Made by a program: the position numbers and the translations under genes
DNA from: an uncultured Rhodospirillales bacterium
GTDB taxonomy: Bacteria > Pseudomonadota > Alphaproteobacteria > JAWKYA01
Direction of reading: 5' to 3'
NCBI GenBank assembly: GCA_964397465.1
Contig: CAYNIC010000002.1
Span: 52,162 to 116,161 of the forward strand
DNA: 64,000 nucleotides
Shown here: positions 31,110 through 42,304 of the stretch, piece after piece
Position numbering within the stretch: the stretch's first letter is position 1
How the letters are laid out: each line of letters opens with the position of its first letter
Notes under the pieces: generated by a model
Told to the model about the DNA's origin: nothing
What the model saw: only the letters and a program-made list of their open reading frames with translations
Databases searched by the model: none

Positions 31110-32120
31110 CTACTTACAGCCCAGGGACGTTGATTCCCGCTGCGCCCGTTGTTTTACCGTGGCAGGGGCATCCGGATAATCGGTGCCAAGACGACCCAGC
31201 GACCGGCAGGCTTGCTGCGTCTGACCAAGTTTACCTAAAGACATTCCCAACTTCAGGAGATTGTCCGGGCCCTTGGTGTTTTTCTTGTACTTTTGATAGC
31301 CGGTTAGGAAGGCGGAGGCGGCCTCTTCGTATTGGCCTCGCACGTAATGGGTCTCGCCCAACCAATATTGAGCGTTGCCGGCAAGTTCAGTATCGGGATG
31401 CTTCGTTACGAATTCAGCCAAGGCAACCTGGGCGTCGTCGTATTCCCGCGCCTGTAAAAGCGAATAGGCAAAATCGTACTGATCTTTGGGCGATCCCGCA
31501 GGCAAGACATTGCCGGGTTTGGCGGCGGCGGTCGGTTTGATGGGGCCGGGTGTGGACGCGGGCGGTGCGGCAGGGGGATTAGCCGTCGCTGCATTCAGCT
31601 CGCGTTGTGGCAAGGTGCCGAGCACGCCACGGGTACGGTTTTGTTCGGGCGCGGCGCTGGCCGTTGCCTCGGCAGCGGTGCGGGCGACCGGCGCTGCGGC
31701 GGCTGGCGGAGTTGCTGGCGTTGCGTTAAGGGGCGGCGGCGCGATCGCTGCTGTTTGACCGGTAGGTGATGGGGCGGATGATGATGGTGCCGGTGCCGCC
31801 GCCATGGGCGTTCCCCCGCCGCCATGCTCGATCTTTTGCAGGCGGAATTCCAAATCTTCGGTCATTTTATCGAGGCGCTGTTCCATCCGTTTAAGCCGGA
31901 AGTTCATTTCTTCCATGCTGCCGGTGAGACGCGAAACTTCATTTTCAAGAGCGGAGATGCGCACCTGTTGGCGGGCCATGGCGGGGCCATCAGCTTCGAC
32001 CCCTTGCGCCCAACTGGGAGAAGGTACGGCGCCGAAGAGGATTGCCATCACACCGGCGAGAAGCAAACCTTTACCATAAAGTCGTCCAGGGTGCGTCAGG
32101 ACAAGGATGTTTTTACGCAT
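31110..32120 (-). CDS. cpoB: Tol-Pal system protein CpoB/YbgF
   Basis: A signal peptide, a coiled-coil, an Ala/Pro-rich linker, and C-terminal TPR repeats (AQYWLGETHYVRGQYEEAASAF). Confidence 0.75.
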   Translation of the reverse strand: MRKNILVLTHPGRLYGKGLLLAGVMAILFGAVPSPSWAQGVEADGPAMARQQVRISALENEVSRLTGSMEEMNFRLKRMEQRLDKMTEDLEFRLQKIEHGGGGTPMAAAPAPSSSAPSPTGQTAAIAPPPLNATPATPPAAAAPVARTAAEATASAAPEQNRTRGVLGTLPQRELNAATANPPAAPPASTPGPIKPTAAAKPGNVLPAGSPKDQYDFAYSLLQAREYDDAQVALAEFVTKHPDTELAGNAQYWLGETHYVRGQYEEAASAFLTGYQKYKKNTKGPDNLLKLGMSLGKLGQTQQACRSLGRLGTDYPDAPATVKQRAQRESTSLGCK

Positions 32121-32297
32121 AATGATCTCACGCTATCTTTTGAGTCGCTCATCAAGGGCAAGCGCAGAGAGCCGCCAAGAGTATGTATAGGTTGAGGGAA
32201 CGGCAAAAATAAGGCGCCCGCCCTGTGGTTGGCTCTGAATTCAGAGCTCCAGGGCGGGCGCCTCCTTGTCTAAATGCAACGTGTTAATTACGACTCG

Positions 32298-32825
32298 TTA
32301 GCCGCCGCTGACCAAGGTAACGGCCCGGCGGTTTTGCGACCAAGCCGCTTCATTGGATCCGACCACCTCGGGCTGTTCCTTACCGAAGGAAATGATCGAT
32401 ACCCGATTGGGTTCGACCCCCAGCGAGATGAGGTAGTCTTTAACCGACTGAGCGCGCCGCTCGCCGAGAGCCAGGTTATATTCTCGGGTGCCGCGTTCGT
32501 CGGCGTGACCCTGAATGGTAACTGATACGCCGGCCCGGGTTTTCAACCAAGCCGCTTGAGCGCTGACAGTTTTGCGGGCTTCCGGAGAAAGGTCATATTG
32601 GTCCAGGCCGAAAAATACACGGTCACCAACATCCCGTTGCAGCTCCATCTGCAATCCGCCGCTGGAGACGCCGCCAGGACCGGTGCCTGTGCCGGTGCCG
32701 CTGCCAGGAAGGCCGGGAGGGCCTCCCGTTCCGCCGCCACCAAGGTCTGTCACGTCTTCTGGTGCGGATCCGCAAGCAGCAAGCATAAGGGCCGCCGCGC
32801 AAGCGCAAACAATTTTAAGCCGCAT
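32298..32825 (-). CDS. pal: Peptidoglycan-associated lipoprotein Pal (OmpA family)
   Basis: MRLKIVCACAAALMLAAC lipobox and an OmpA C-terminal domain (TIQGHADERGTREYNLALGERRAQSV). Confidence 0.85.
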   Translation of the reverse strand: MRLKIVCACAAALMLAACGSAPEDVTDLGGGGTGGPPGLPGSGTGTGTGPGGVSSGGLQMELQRDVGDRVFFGLDQYDLSPEARKTVSAQAAWLKTRAGVSVTIQGHADERGTREYNLALGERRAQSVKDYLISLGVEPNRVSIISFGKEQPEVVGSNEAAWSQNRRAVTLVSGG

Positions 32826-32991
32826 CACTGATATCTCCGAGCGTCTGGGTAGGTGAATGGAATTGAGGAGCCGATCCCAATATCCGATTTCGATCCTATT
32901 TTTATACATGTTACGTGACTCCGTGACAATGGGGTTCTGAGGTTATGATCAATTTTTTCAGTAAGATGACCCCAGATGTTTATGTTTGAGT

Positions 32992-34353
32992 TTAAGGAAT
33001 GAGGGGCGACCAAGCCGGATCAGAGGCTTCGAGCGGCGTTACGATTTCCCGCAAGTTCTGCCCGGAAAGGTCGATGCTGTAGAGTTTAGTGGTGCCTGAA
33101 ACGCTTTGTCCGCCTTGGGTTTGCCGGAAAAACATCAAGACGCGGCCGTTGGGCGACCAGGTCGGGCCTTCATCTAAAAAGCTTTCGGTCAGGAGGCGCT
33201 CCTTGCTGCCGTCGGGTTTCATGACGCCAATATAAAATTTACCACCTTGCATCTTGGTAAAGGCGATCAAGTCGCCGCGAGGCGACCAAACCGGGGTCGC
33301 ATAGCGGCCTTGGCCAAAACTGATTCGCTGAACATTCGAGCCGTCGGCGTTCATGACATAAAGCTGCTGAGCCCCGCCGCGATCAGAGTTAAACACGATC
33401 TGGGCATTGGTATCCGAATAGGACGGCGAGGTATCGATCGCGGGATGGTTGGTCAATTGCTGAACCCGCCGTGTCTGCAGATCCATGGCGTAGATTTCAG
33501 AATTGCCGTCATTGGACATGCTGAGGACGATTTTCTTGCCGTCATTTGAGAACCGGGGGGCAAAGGTCATGCCGGGGAATTCACCAACGACTTCGCGCTG
33601 ACCGCTATCGATGTTGAACAGATAGACCCGCGGCTTATCCGCAAAGTAAGACAAATAGGTGATTTCCTGGGTCGACGGCGAGAACCGGGGGGTCAATACC
33701 AGGGAAGACCCGTCGGTTAAGAACTTATGATTGGCGCCATCTTGATCCATGATGGCCAAGCGCTTGATGCGGCGGTTACCGGGGCCGCTTTCCGCCACGT
33801 AAACGATACGCGTATCGAAGTAGCCCTTTTCGCCCGTGACCCGCTCGTAGATCGCATCGGAGATGATATGGGCGATGCGCCGCCAGTTCTGCGGCACCGT
33901 ATAGTACTTACGGCCAGCCATGGGCTGGCCTTGGAAAATATCCCACAGACGGAATTCAACCCGTAATCGGCCGTCGGGCTCCATCGCGGCGACCCCTGAA
34001 ACCAGGGCTTGGGCGTTGATGGTTTTCCAATCCTGAAAGCGCGGTTGGGCTTGGGCCAAATCAGCCGGCGATTGCAGAAAAGCCCGTGGATCGACGGCGC
34101 GGAACAGGCCTGATCTTTCTAAGTCGGCGCTGACGACGGCGGCAATTTGCTTGCCGTAATTCGAGGCATCAGCGGCGCCGCCGAAAAAGTCGGTGATGGC
34201 GATCTGAATGGGATTGGGAACGGGACTTTCGATATCTACGCGGACTTCAGCCCGGGCAGAAGTGAAGATGACGGCGCTGGAAAACAATCCAATAACGGCG
34301 GCAAGAGCAAGCTTGCTGCCAACGAGAGGTAGCCGATATCGCGTGAACATCAT
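32992..34353 (-). CDS. tolB: Tol-Pal system beta-propeller protein TolB
   Basis: 453 aa. A signal peptide, a TolB N-terminal domain, and WD-like propeller repeats. Confidence 0.9.
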   Translation of the reverse strand: MMFTRYRLPLVGSKLALAAVIGLFSSAVIFTSARAEVRVDIESPVPNPIQIAITDFFGGAADASNYGKQIAAVVSADLERSGLFRAVDPRAFLQSPADLAQAQPRFQDWKTINAQALVSGVAAMEPDGRLRVEFRLWDIFQGQPMAGRKYYTVPQNWRRIAHIISDAIYERVTGEKGYFDTRIVYVAESGPGNRRIKRLAIMDQDGANHKFLTDGSSLVLTPRFSPSTQEITYLSYFADKPRVYLFNIDSGQREVVGEFPGMTFAPRFSNDGKKIVLSMSNDGNSEIYAMDLQTRRVQQLTNHPAIDTSPSYSDTNAQIVFNSDRGGAQQLYVMNADGSNVQRISFGQGRYATPVWSPRGDLIAFTKMQGGKFYIGVMKPDGSKERLLTESFLDEGPTWSPNGRVLMFFRQTQGGQSVSGTTKLYSIDLSGQNLREIVTPLEASDPAWSPLIP

Positions 34354-35270
34354 TACATACAGTCCGCTTCTTTAGGGGTGAAGGCGACGATAAACCGGTC
34401 AAATTGAGCGTATTTATCTTTGGGGATAGGCAAGGGGCTGGCTTGATTAACGGCACGAATCGCACTGTCAACAAAGGCTGTCAGGGCGACATTATCGCCC
34501 GATCCAACCGCACGCTCGACCTTCACCGAGGTGACAGTTCCATCGGGCAAAACTTGAACCGCCAACTCTGCCGCCATTTGGGAAAAACCCTTAAGGCCGC
34601 AGTTGGCATTCCATTTTTCTTTGATGACTTGGCGCAAGGCGTCCAACTCGCTGCCCGACAGGGTTGGGCCAAGCGGCGCGATGGCGGCGGTGCGGGTCGC
34701 CGGCTCCGGCTGCGGTTTCGCCGCAGGATCGATCGGGGTATTCATCGCCGTTTGTTTGGACTTTGGATCAACTTGGGGGGTTGGTTGTTGCGGCTTGGTC
34801 TTCAAACGGTTTTGCAGAAAGTTTTCGATATCGGCAAAGTCGTCCTTCTTCTGATCCTTTTTAGGCTCGGGCTTTTTCGCATCTTGCTTGGGTTGATCCT
34901 TGGGCTTGGGCGGTTGCGCCGGCAAAGCCATTTTCTCAGGCACGGGATCTGGTTTTGGCGGTAAAGGTTCAGGCTTAGGCGGGGCGACAGCGACCTTCGG
35001 CTCCGGCGGTGGCGGCGGTGCCGCCTCGGCAGGGGCTGGTGCGGGAGCCGGCGGGGGTGGCGGGACGGGCTGAGCCTCCGCCTTAGGCGGTTCCGGTTTC
35101 GGCGGCGGCGGCGCGACCTCGGGGGTCTGCGAGACGGGACCGATTTCAACCAAGCTGACAGCGATAGTCGGTTGCGGCTCGATCTCGGGACGCAGATGTG
35201 GCAACCCGACCACCGCAAGGACAAGAAGCGTGGCGTGTAGGGCGCTGGAGGCAACCAGAGCTTTACGCAT
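34353..35270 (-). CDS. tolA: Cell envelope integrity protein TolA
   Basis: An N-terminal TM helix, a long Pro/Ala/Lys/Glu-rich domain II, and a C-terminal TolA III-like domain. It sits in the position between tolR and tolB. Confidence 0.7.
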   Translation of the reverse strand: MRKALVASSALHATLLVLAVVGLPHLRPEIEPQPTIAVSLVEIGPVSQTPEVAPPPPKPEPPKAEAQPVPPPPPAPAPAPAEAAPPPPPEPKVAVAPPKPEPLPPKPDPVPEKMALPAQPPKPKDQPKQDAKKPEPKKDQKKDDFADIENFLQNRLKTKPQQPTPQVDPKSKQTAMNTPIDPAAKPQPEPATRTAAIAPLGPTLSGSELDALRQVIKEKWNANCGLKGFSQMAAELAVQVLPDGTVTSVKVERAVGSGDNVALTAFVDSAIRAVNQASPLPIPKDKYAQFDRFIVAFTPKEADCM

Positions 35271-35275
35271 GACGG

Positions 35276-35872
35276 TTAACGTGTTGAATTTTGCCCCGGG
35301 ATAGCCGGAGGCAAAGGAATACCGGTAGGAGCGCTACTTGCCGGAGGGACGCCGGCAACACCAGGTGAGGCGGGCGTTGGCGCGGGCCGTGCGGTGGCCG
35401 GCGCCGCGGTACGAGCGCGCGGTGCCGCAGTGGATTTGACTCCGCTCTCGCCCGGGGCGGAAATCAACGCGATCTTGCGGAAACCGGCACGGGTGACCAG
35501 ACCCATCACCTCAAGAACGCGGCCGTAATCAATTCCTTTATCGCCCCGAACATAAATCTGCGTGTCGGGATTTTGATTGGTGATGGCATCAAGCCGCGGC
35601 ACCAAGGCGTCAATGGCCGTCTCGCTTTCCTGCAGGAAAATGCGGCCGTCGCGCGAGATGCTGATTTCGAGCGGCTCAACCTGTTGATTAATGGGAGGTG
35701 CTGAGGTTTCGGGAAGTTCGATTTCGACCCCGACAGTCAGTAAAGGCGCGGCGACCATGAAGACGATCAGAAGGACCAACATCACGTCGACAAAGGGCGT
35801 AACGTTGATATCGCTCATGCGATTATAACGAAAATTCTTACCTTTTGACCGGCTGAGAAGCGCGCCTGCCAT
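35276..35872 (-). CDS. tolR: Tol-Pal system protein TolR (ExbD family) with an extended Ala/Pro-rich C-terminal tail
   Basis: INVTPFVDVMLVLLIVFMVAAPLL TM/ExbD core, then a ~55 aa low-complexity tail. Confidence 0.8.
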   Translation of the reverse strand: MAGALLSRSKGKNFRYNRMSDINVTPFVDVMLVLLIVFMVAAPLLTVGVEIELPETSAPPINQQVEPLEISISRDGRIFLQESETAIDALVPRLDAITNQNPDTQIYVRGDKGIDYGRVLEVMGLVTRAGFRKIALISAPGESGVKSTAAPRARTAAPATARPAPTPASPGVAGVPPASSAPTGIPLPPAIPGQNSTR

Positions 35873-35877
35873 AGGAT

Positions 35878-36606
35878 CTACGCTCCTTCCAATTGACGGG
35901 AAAGAATAGCGCTGAATTCCCCGGCGAAGCCTTCCATGCGATTGGCGTAACGGCCCAAATCGGTTGAGAGTTTATTATAGGCAATAACCGCTGGAATCGC
36001 TGCGACCAGGCCAAGGGCTGTCGCAAACAAGGCCTCGGCAATGCCCGGTGCCACCACGGCAAGAGAGGTGTTTTTGGACGCTGCGATGGCTTGGAAACTG
36101 TTCATAATTCCCCAAACGGTGCCGAAGAGCCCAATGAATGGAGCCGTCGAGCCGACCGAGGCGAGAAAGCTCATATAGCGCTCGAGACGCTCCATTTCGC
36201 GGCCAAGAGTAACGCTCATGACCCGCTCGATTCGTTGCTGAAGATTAGCCCGCATATTGCTTTCGGCCGATAGGCCGCGCTCGGTTGAGCGCCGCCACTC
36301 CCGCATAGCGGCGGCAAATATAGCGGTCATGGGGTCGAGGGGGCGGCGCCCCACCCGGTCATAAAGGTCTTCAAGGGAACTGCCGGACCAAAAAGCCTCT
36401 TCGAATTTGTTGGCGCGGGCATTCAGCCGGCGCATCCGGACGGTTTTCTCGAAAATGATGGCCCAGCACCATACCGAGGCCATCATCAGCATGGTCATGA
36501 CAATTTTAACGATAATATCGGCCTGCATAAACAGACCGATGATGGAAAGATCGTGAGGCGCGGCCGTTGCGGCAAGCGTCGCCGTTTGGACAAGGGTTTG
36601 ATTCAT
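35878..36606 (-). CDS. tolQ: Tol-Pal system protein TolQ (MotA/ExbB family)
   Basis: 242 aa, 3 TM, and a typical ExbB C-terminal block. Confidence 0.85.
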   Translation of the reverse strand: MNQTLVQTATLAATAAPHDLSIIGLFMQADIIVKIVMTMLMMASVWCWAIIFEKTVRMRRLNARANKFEEAFWSGSSLEDLYDRVGRRPLDPMTAIFAAAMREWRRSTERGLSAESNMRANLQQRIERVMSVTLGREMERLERYMSFLASVGSTAPFIGLFGTVWGIMNSFQAIAASKNTSLAVVAPGIAEALFATALGLVAAIPAVIAYNKLSTDLGRYANRMEGFAGEFSAILSRQLEGA

Positions 36607-36684
36607 GGTCTCTGCATTATCCTTAGCAATTTGTCAGAATCGTGGTCATGAAAGGAGTTTCCGTCTTGATCTTGATGTAATGTC

Positions 36685-37155
36685 TTATGCAGCGTCACCT
36701 GCCATGATGCGCAAGGCATTCTGCAGGGAAGACGGCAATCGAACGGGACGACCTTGGGCGTCTATGCAAACAAGGCGGACGGTCAAATGGGCTATCGGGG
36801 CATCGCCGCGACGGATGGATTGATCCAGTTCGAAGCTTGCGCCACCCATAGTCGTAACCCGGGTATAGACCATTAAAGCATCATCGAGGCGGGCGGGGCG
36901 CTGGTAATCGATGACACAACGATGGACCGCAAAATGCAGACCTTGTTCCTTGGCAAGGCGGCCATGATCAAGCCCGCATAACCTTAAGGCTTCGGTACGG
37001 GCCCGTTCGGCGTAATGAAGATAGACGGCATGGTACACAATACCCGCAGCGTCGGTGTCTTCGTAATATACGCGAAGGGATAAACTATGCTGATTGCCCG
37101 TCAAACGGCCGGAAGCAGGGCTTAAAGAGGCATCAGTCATTCGAGCCGTAAGCAA
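36685..37155 (-). CDS. ybgC: Tol-Pal-associated acyl-CoA thioesterase YbgC (4HBT hotdog)
   Basis: YYEDTDAAGIVYHAVYLHYAERAR hotdog-fold N-terminus. Positioned upstream of tolQ. Confidence 0.75.
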   Translation of the reverse strand: MLTARMTDASLSPASGRLTGNQHSLSLRVYYEDTDAAGIVYHAVYLHYAERARTEALRLCGLDHGRLAKEQGLHFAVHRCVIDYQRPARLDDALMVYTRVTTMGGASFELDQSIRRGDAPIAHLTVRLVCIDAQGRPVRLPSSLQNALRIMAGDAA

Positions 37156-37253
37156 AAATTTGCACTAAAAACAGTGTAACTCAAAACGGCGATCTTACCT
37201 ACGGTTCTTCATTTGAGGATGAAGCGGAACGAAAACGCCATCATGCGCCCGGA

Positions 37254-38321
37254 TTAGGTGGTACCATCAGGATCGAAAGATTGGCCCATAAGCTGCAGTT
37301 GCTCCGGTCCGCGCGGCGGCGGCGTCAAGCCCAGATGCCGGTAGCCCTTTTCGCCCAGCATGCGGCCCCGGGGTGTTCGTTGGACGAGTCCGATCTGAAT
37401 CAAATAGGGCTCGATAACGTCTTCCAGCATATCGCGAGGTTCTGCCAGGGCGGCGGCAAGGGTTTCGACGCCGACCGGACCCCCATTGTAATGATCGGCC
37501 ATGCAGGAAAGATACCGCCGATCCACACCATCCAAGCCCAGAGTATCCACTTCAAGACGGGTCAAGGCGTGATCGGCAACTTTGCGATCCACCGTTTTGG
37601 TGCCGGCCACGGCGGCAAAGTCGCGGACTCGGCGTAAAAGACGCCCGGCGATCCGCGGGGTCCCGCGGGCTCTCTGGGCGATTTCCTTGGCGCCGTCATG
37701 TGTAATGACCAATCCTAAGACCTTGGCGGCACGAAGAACAACGGCTTCAAGTTCTTCGGGCGTATAAAAATTTAAACGTAAAGGAATGCCGAAACGATCG
37801 CGTAAGGGAGTCGTCAATAATCCCATACGGGTTGTGGCGCCGACCAGAGTAAAGTTTGGCAGATCAATCTTCACCGACCGGGCGGCCGGCCCCTCACCGA
37901 TAATAAGGTCCAGTTGAAAATCTTCCATCGCCGGATAAAGAATTTCCTCGACCTGAGGCGGCAGACGGTGAATTTCGTCGATGAACAAAACATCGCGCGG
38001 TTCAAGATTAGTCAGAAGGGCGGCCAGATCACCGGGCTTGCTGATGACTGGTCCGGAGGTGGCGCGAAACCCAACGCTCAATTCCCGGGCGACGATCTGC
38101 GCCAAGGTTGTTTTTCCGAGGCCTGGCGGGCCGAATAACAAAACATGATCCATCGCTTCGCTGCGGCCGCGCGCCGCTTCAACGAAGATGCGCAAATTTT
38201 CACGCACCGACCGTTGGCCGATAAAATCATCAAGAGTTTGTGGCCGCAAATGCGCTTCAACGCTGTCTTCTTCGACCACGCTTTGTTGGATTAGGCGATC
38301 TTCGGGAAGGGTGGCCGTCAT
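37254..38321 (-). CDS. ruvB: Holliday junction branch migration helicase RuvB
   Basis: 355 aa with Walker [12 protein letters not shown] and high conservation throughout. Confidence 0.95.
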   Translation of the reverse strand: MTATLPEDRLIQQSVVEEDSVEAHLRPQTLDDFIGQRSVRENLRIFVEAARGRSEAMDHVLLFGPPGLGKTTLAQIVARELSVGFRATSGPVISKPGDLAALLTNLEPRDVLFIDEIHRLPPQVEEILYPAMEDFQLDLIIGEGPAARSVKIDLPNFTLVGATTRMGLLTTPLRDRFGIPLRLNFYTPEELEAVVLRAAKVLGLVITHDGAKEIAQRARGTPRIAGRLLRRVRDFAAVAGTKTVDRKVADHALTRLEVDTLGLDGVDRRYLSCMADHYNGGPVGVETLAAALAEPRDMLEDVIEPYLIQIGLVQRTPRGRMLGEKGYRHLGLTPPPRGPEQLQLMGQSFDPDGTT

Positions 38322-38944
38322 GCTGCCAACTCACGCAAAGCCGCCTTGATAAGGGCGTCGACTTGCGCCTTGTCGCCAAGCTTGCTGGCGGCACGGGTAG
38401 CCGCACCAAAAGCTTCGCTTCGCCCATATCCCAGATTAACTAAGGCGGAGACGGCATCTTGCAGCGGTAAAGTTTCAGGAGAGTCTGTGCTGCCTGCTTT
38501 GCGATCTTGTGATAGCGCAACAGTTGTGCCGCCCAAGGCAAGGGCGCCGGTCTTGTCTTTGAGTTCCGTGACAAGTCGCGCCGCCAGTTTGGGGCCGACG
38601 CCATCGGCGCGAGTTAATAAAGCTTTGTCCTGTGCGGCTATGGCCTGCATAAGATCATTGGGAGAAAGCGTAGATAAGATTGCCAGGGCAACCTTGGCGC
38701 CGACGCCTTGAACCGTGGTCAAAAGACGAAACCAGTCTTTTTCGGCGGTCTCGGTAAATCCATAAAGATGGATATGATCTTCACGGACATGGGTCTCAAT
38801 ATGCAGTTGCGTGCCTTCGCCGCGGCTGGGCATGCGCGCCAAGGTTCTGGCCGAACAGAAGACCAAATATCCGACCCCGCCACAATCAATGATGACGTGG
38901 CCGGTGCCGCTTTCCGCAAAGATACCTTTCAGCCGCGCGATCAT
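38318..38944 (-). CDS. ruvA: Holliday junction DNA helicase RuvA
   Basis: MIARLKGIF...GVGYLV N-terminus. ATGA overlap with the ruvC stop. Confidence 0.9.
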   Translation of the reverse strand: MIARLKGIFAESGTGHVIIDCGGVGYLVFCSARTLARMPSRGEGTQLHIETHVREDHIHLYGFTETAEKDWFRLLTTVQGVGAKVALAILSTLSPNDLMQAIAAQDKALLTRADGVGPKLAARLVTELKDKTGALALGGTTVALSQDRKAGSTDSPETLPLQDAVSALVNLGYGRSEAFGAATRAASKLGDKAQVDALIKAALRELAA

Positions 38945-39447
38945 CGCTGCACCATGCTGAGGCTTGTTTTGCGATTGGCGGCGCTTGAATGGTGGGCATG
39001 ACAAATGGCGATGGCCAAGGCATCCGCCGCATCGGGGCTTTCGACCAACGAGCCGGGCAGCAATCGGGCGACCATCGACTGAACCTGAACCTTATCCGCG
39101 TGGCCGGTTCCCACGACAGTCTTCTTGATCGTGGTCGCTGCGTACTCCGATACGGTCAACCCGGCCTGCGCCGGCGCCAGCAAAACAACACCGCGCGCTT
39201 GGCCAAGTTTCAGCGTGCTGCCGGGATTGCGGTTAAGAAAAGTCTCTTCCACAGCCGCTTCATCAGGTTTGTAGGTATCGATAATCGTCAACAACCCGGT
39301 GTAGATCGCCGACAGCCGTGCCGCCAGGGAGTGATTGGCGGTCGAGCGAACCGTGCCTGAAGCGACAAAGATCAGCCGATTACCCTGGGTTTCGACGATG
39401 CCCCAGCCTGTCGCCTTAAGTCCGGGATCAAGGCCCAGCAATCGCAT
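38941..39447 (-). CDS. ruvC: Crossover junction endodeoxyribonuclease RuvC
   Basis: [20 protein letters not shown]-terminus with the catalytic Asp. Confidence 0.9.
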   Translation of the reverse strand: MRLLGLDPGLKATGWGIVETQGNRLIFVASGTVRSTANHSLAARLSAIYTGLLTIIDTYKPDEAAVEETFLNRNPGSTLKLGQARGVVLLAPAQAGLTVSEYAATTIKKTVVGTGHADKVQVQSMVARLLPGSLVESPDAADALAIAICHAHHSSAANRKTSLSMVQR

Positions 39448-39472
39448 CAAGGTGCCTTCCCGCGGTCTTAGC

Positions 39473-40219
39473 TTAGTTAGCAAGACGCGCCATTACATCA
39501 TCTGAGATATCGAAATTAGCCGCGATGTTTTGCACATCGTCGCTGTCATCCAAGGCATCGATCAGTTTCAATAAGGATTCAGCTGGCTCAGGCGCTACGG
39601 GAACTAAGGTCTGCGGACGCCAGACGAGCTTGGCCGATTGAGGTTCGCCGAATTTCTTTTCCAACACAGCCAATACGGCGTGCAGCTGATCCGGTTTGCA
39701 AAGAACAATGTGACTGTCGTCGTCGGTTGTCACATCATCGGCGCCGGCTTCGATTGCCGCCTCGAAAACAGCGTCGGCGGCAGTCTTCAAGGGATAGCGA
39801 ATTTCGCCGACGCGGTCGAACATAAAACTGACGGAATTGGTTTCGCCCAATGTGCCGCCGTGTTTGGTAAAAGCGGTGCGGATTTCTGAAGCGGTGCGGT
39901 TACGATTATCGGTCAGTGCTTCAACAATGATCGCCACGCCTCCGGGACCATATCCTTCATAGCGGATTTCGTCGAATACCGTATCGGCATCGCCGCCCTG
40001 GCCTTTTTTGATCGCCCGGTCAATGTTATCCTTCGGCATATTGGCGACGCGGGCCGCAGCCATGGCGCTGCGTAACCGCGGATTGGATGCCGGGTCGGGT
40101 AAGCCTTCTTTGGCGGCGACCATAATTTCCCGAGTCAAACGTGCAAACATTTTGGCGCGCCGTTTATCTTGGGCGCCTTTGCGGTGCATGATATTCTTAA
40201 ACTGTGAATGGCCGGCCAT
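39473..40219 (-). CDS. yebC: YebC/PmpR-family transcriptional regulator
   Basis: [25 protein letters not shown]...; 248 aa. Confidence 0.85.
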   Translation of the reverse strand: MAGHSQFKNIMHRKGAQDKRRAKMFARLTREIMVAAKEGLPDPASNPRLRSAMAAARVANMPKDNIDRAIKKGQGGDADTVFDEIRYEGYGPGGVAIIVEALTDNRNRTASEIRTAFTKHGGTLGETNSVSFMFDRVGEIRYPLKTAADAVFEAAIEAGADDVTTDDDSHIVLCKPDQLHAVLAVLEKKFGEPQSAKLVWRPQTLVPVAPEPAESLLKLIDALDDSDDVQNIAANFDISDDVMARLAN

Positions 40220-40317
40220 GACATGCTCAATAAATTAAAAGGCGCTTCAAATTCCAAATATAGCGCCAGGTCTCAAGATTTATACCAGATCGGGTTATTA
40301 ATTCCAGTAAACTGTCG

Positions 40318-41154
40318 TCAGTCAGCGGCAAAAGCTTGCGCATAAGGCGGGTGTTGCTGGCTTAAGCATCCGCCCAATCGGATGGGATTTATTCTGACGG
40401 CAAGACCGGTTTTCGAGTCCGTCTCGATGAACACGCCGCATAAAGTGGCGTCACCCTCTGCCGGCGCAGGGCGATCGGTTGGCATTTTAGACCGAAAACG
40501 AGCAACAGGGACGCTTTTTTTCATCCCGATGACGCTGTCATAGTCGCCACACATGCCGGCATCACTTTGAAAGGCGGTGCCGTGCGGAAGAAGCCGGCCG
40601 TCGGCGGAAGGAACATGGGTGTGGGTACCGATCACCAGCGAAACCCGGCCATCCAAATGATGAGCAAGGGCCTGCTTCTCGCTGGTCGCTTCGGCATGGA
40701 TGTCGACTACGATCGCCGCCATGTCCTTACCTAACGGATGATCATGGAGGATCTGATCCACAGCGGCGAAGGGGTCTTCCAAAGGCTCCATGAAAAGACG
40801 TCCCATGACGTTAATAACAAGAACCTGCTGACCTTGAGGCGTGGTGCGAATAACCCACCCGCTCCCCGGCGTGCCGTTGGGAAAGTTCGCCGGCCGCAAT
40901 AAACGTGCGTCATCGGCGATATAAGCGATTGTTTCGCGCTGGTCCCAAACGTGATTACCCGTGGTTACGACATCGACCCCGGCCGCATAAAATTCGGCGC
41001 AGATGGCGCTGGTGATGCCAAAGCCATGAGCGGCGTTTTCGCCGTTAACAATCACAAGATCGAGATTGAGATTTTTGCGAAGCCGCGGAATTTCATTGGT
41101 GACGACAGTGCGACCTGACCGGCCCATGACGTCGCCGCAGAATAAAAGTCTCAT
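40318..41154 (-). CDS. TIGR00282/YmdB-like metallophosphoesterase
   Basis: MRLLFCGDVMGRSGR...GNHVWDQ calcineurin-like phosphoesterase motifs. Confidence 0.75.
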   Translation of the reverse strand: MRLLFCGDVMGRSGRTVVTNEIPRLRKNLNLDLVIVNGENAAHGFGITSAICAEFYAAGVDVVTTGNHVWDQRETIAYIADDARLLRPANFPNGTPGSGWVIRTTPQGQQVLVINVMGRLFMEPLEDPFAAVDQILHDHPLGKDMAAIVVDIHAEATSEKQALAHHLDGRVSLVIGTHTHVPSADGRLLPHGTAFQSDAGMCGDYDSVIGMKKSVPVARFRSKMPTDRPAPAEGDATLCGVFIETDSKTGLAVRINPIRLGGCLSQQHPPYAQAFAAD

Positions 41155-41738
41155 GCGCTGTCGTCCGGATGAATAATTCCATTTTCTGTGGCTATGTAAT
41201 CAAGGCGCACATCCGTGGATTCGAGAGGAATAGCGGAAATCTCTTGCGCGGCGAAGGCGATTCCGATGGCTAAGAAACCAGGATTTTGCTGCCGTAAAAC
41301 AGGAATGGAGCGATCGTAAAACCCACCGCCATAGCCTAGACGGTATCCGCGCCGGTCGAAGGCCAGTTGCGGAACAAGAAGAATGGAAGGAATTTGCGGT
41401 TCCGCGTCGGGACAAGGCTCAAAGGTGCCAAATGCGCCGGCGCGCATTGTTTCGCCGGGCTGCCACGCGCGAAAGACGAGCGGCGCTTCGGCGCGTTCCA
41501 CGGCGGGCATCGCCAACCGTTGACCCCGAAGATGAAGCGCCTGAAGGAGTGGCCGGATGTCGATTTCAGAACTGATCGGCCAGTAGCCGGCGATGCAAAC
41601 GTCGGGCTGGAGAAGATTGCTTTTCAATAAATGATCGCGCAGCGCCAAGGCTTTGGTTTCGCGGCCGACTACGGCCGCGCGTTGTCTTGTGGTTTCACCG
41701 CGGAGGCGGCGTTTGAAATCGGTGATGTTTTCTGTCAT
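41151..41738 (-). CDS. ygfA: 5-formyltetrahydrofolate cyclo-ligase (ygfA)
   Basis: 195 aa with an ...IAGYWPISSEIDIRPLL motif. Confidence 0.8.
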   Translation of the reverse strand: MTENITDFKRRLRGETTRQRAAVVGRETKALALRDHLLKSNLLQPDVCIAGYWPISSEIDIRPLLQALHLRGQRLAMPAVERAEAPLVFRAWQPGETMRAGAFGTFEPCPDAEPQIPSILLVPQLAFDRRGYRLGYGGGFYDRSIPVLRQQNPGFLAIGIAFAAQEISAIPLESTDVRLDYIATENGIIHPDDSA

Positions 41739-41747
41739 GCAATCCTA

Positions 41748-41908
41748 AAAGAGTGCCGCGCCAGCCGTTGACCGTTTCTATCCACTTGGGCCTGCCATAG
41801 CAGGTGGGCGCCATGTACCAAAGCCAAGGCTCTGGCAGGGACAGCTCCCATAGTGTGGAAATTGGCCCCAGGGAATGAGTGGTCTGACGTACTGGGCAGC
41901 ACCAAGAC
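41748..41908 (-). ncRNA. ssrS: Candidate 6S RNA (SsrS)
   Basis: A 174-nt non-coding gap in the conserved zapA-ssrS-ygfA position. In the minus-strand transcript the 5' GUGCUGCC can pair with the 3' GGCGCGGCAC to form a closing stem, as expected for 6S. No ORF. Confidence 0.45.
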
Positions 41909-41912
41909 TAAT

Positions 41913-42269
41913 CTAGGTGGTCGACAAGCGATCGGCAATCGCTTCGATGCGCCCCGCTAACTTTTCTATGCCATCGCACAGCTTGTCGGTATCCGGCAAA
42001 GAGGGTGCCGGCGGCGCAGGTGTGTTCGCCGCATGCCGCAGCTTTTCTTTAAGGGTCGCTATTTCGGTTTTTGTATCACCAAGTTCATCAGCGATGACGA
42101 GACTTGCCATAACAAGAAGCCGCGTATGATCGATCTGGCCGATGCTCGAAACCAGCTGCGTTACTCGCTTATCCACCAGTTCCGCAAGGGTAAGGAGATG
42201 AGGTTCTTCCCCATCATCGCAGGCAATTCGGTAACTTTTGCCGTTTATGACGACGGATACCTGGGCCAT
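41913..42269 (-). CDS. zapA: Cell division protein ZapA
   Basis: MAQVSVVINGKSYRIACDDGEEPHLLTLAELVDKRV... N-terminal ZapA domain plus a coiled-coil. 118 aa. Confidence 0.75.
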   Translation of the reverse strand: MAQVSVVINGKSYRIACDDGEEPHLLTLAELVDKRVTQLVSSIGQIDHTRLLVMASLVIADELGDTKTEIATLKEKLRHAANTPAPPAPSLPDTDKLCDGIEKLAGRIEAIADRLSTT

Positions 42270-42304
42270 GTTATGTTCCGCTTCTCAAGAGGGCAGATAC
42301 TCTT

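Noticed and set aside
34404-35254. Alternative-frame ORFs inside tolA (34404-34964 plus, 34802-35254 minus)
   Set aside because: Repetitive Pro/Ala/Lys-rich GC-rich DNA gives open frames on both strands. The tolA frame is the one with a TM anchor and TolA domain III and the correct operon position.
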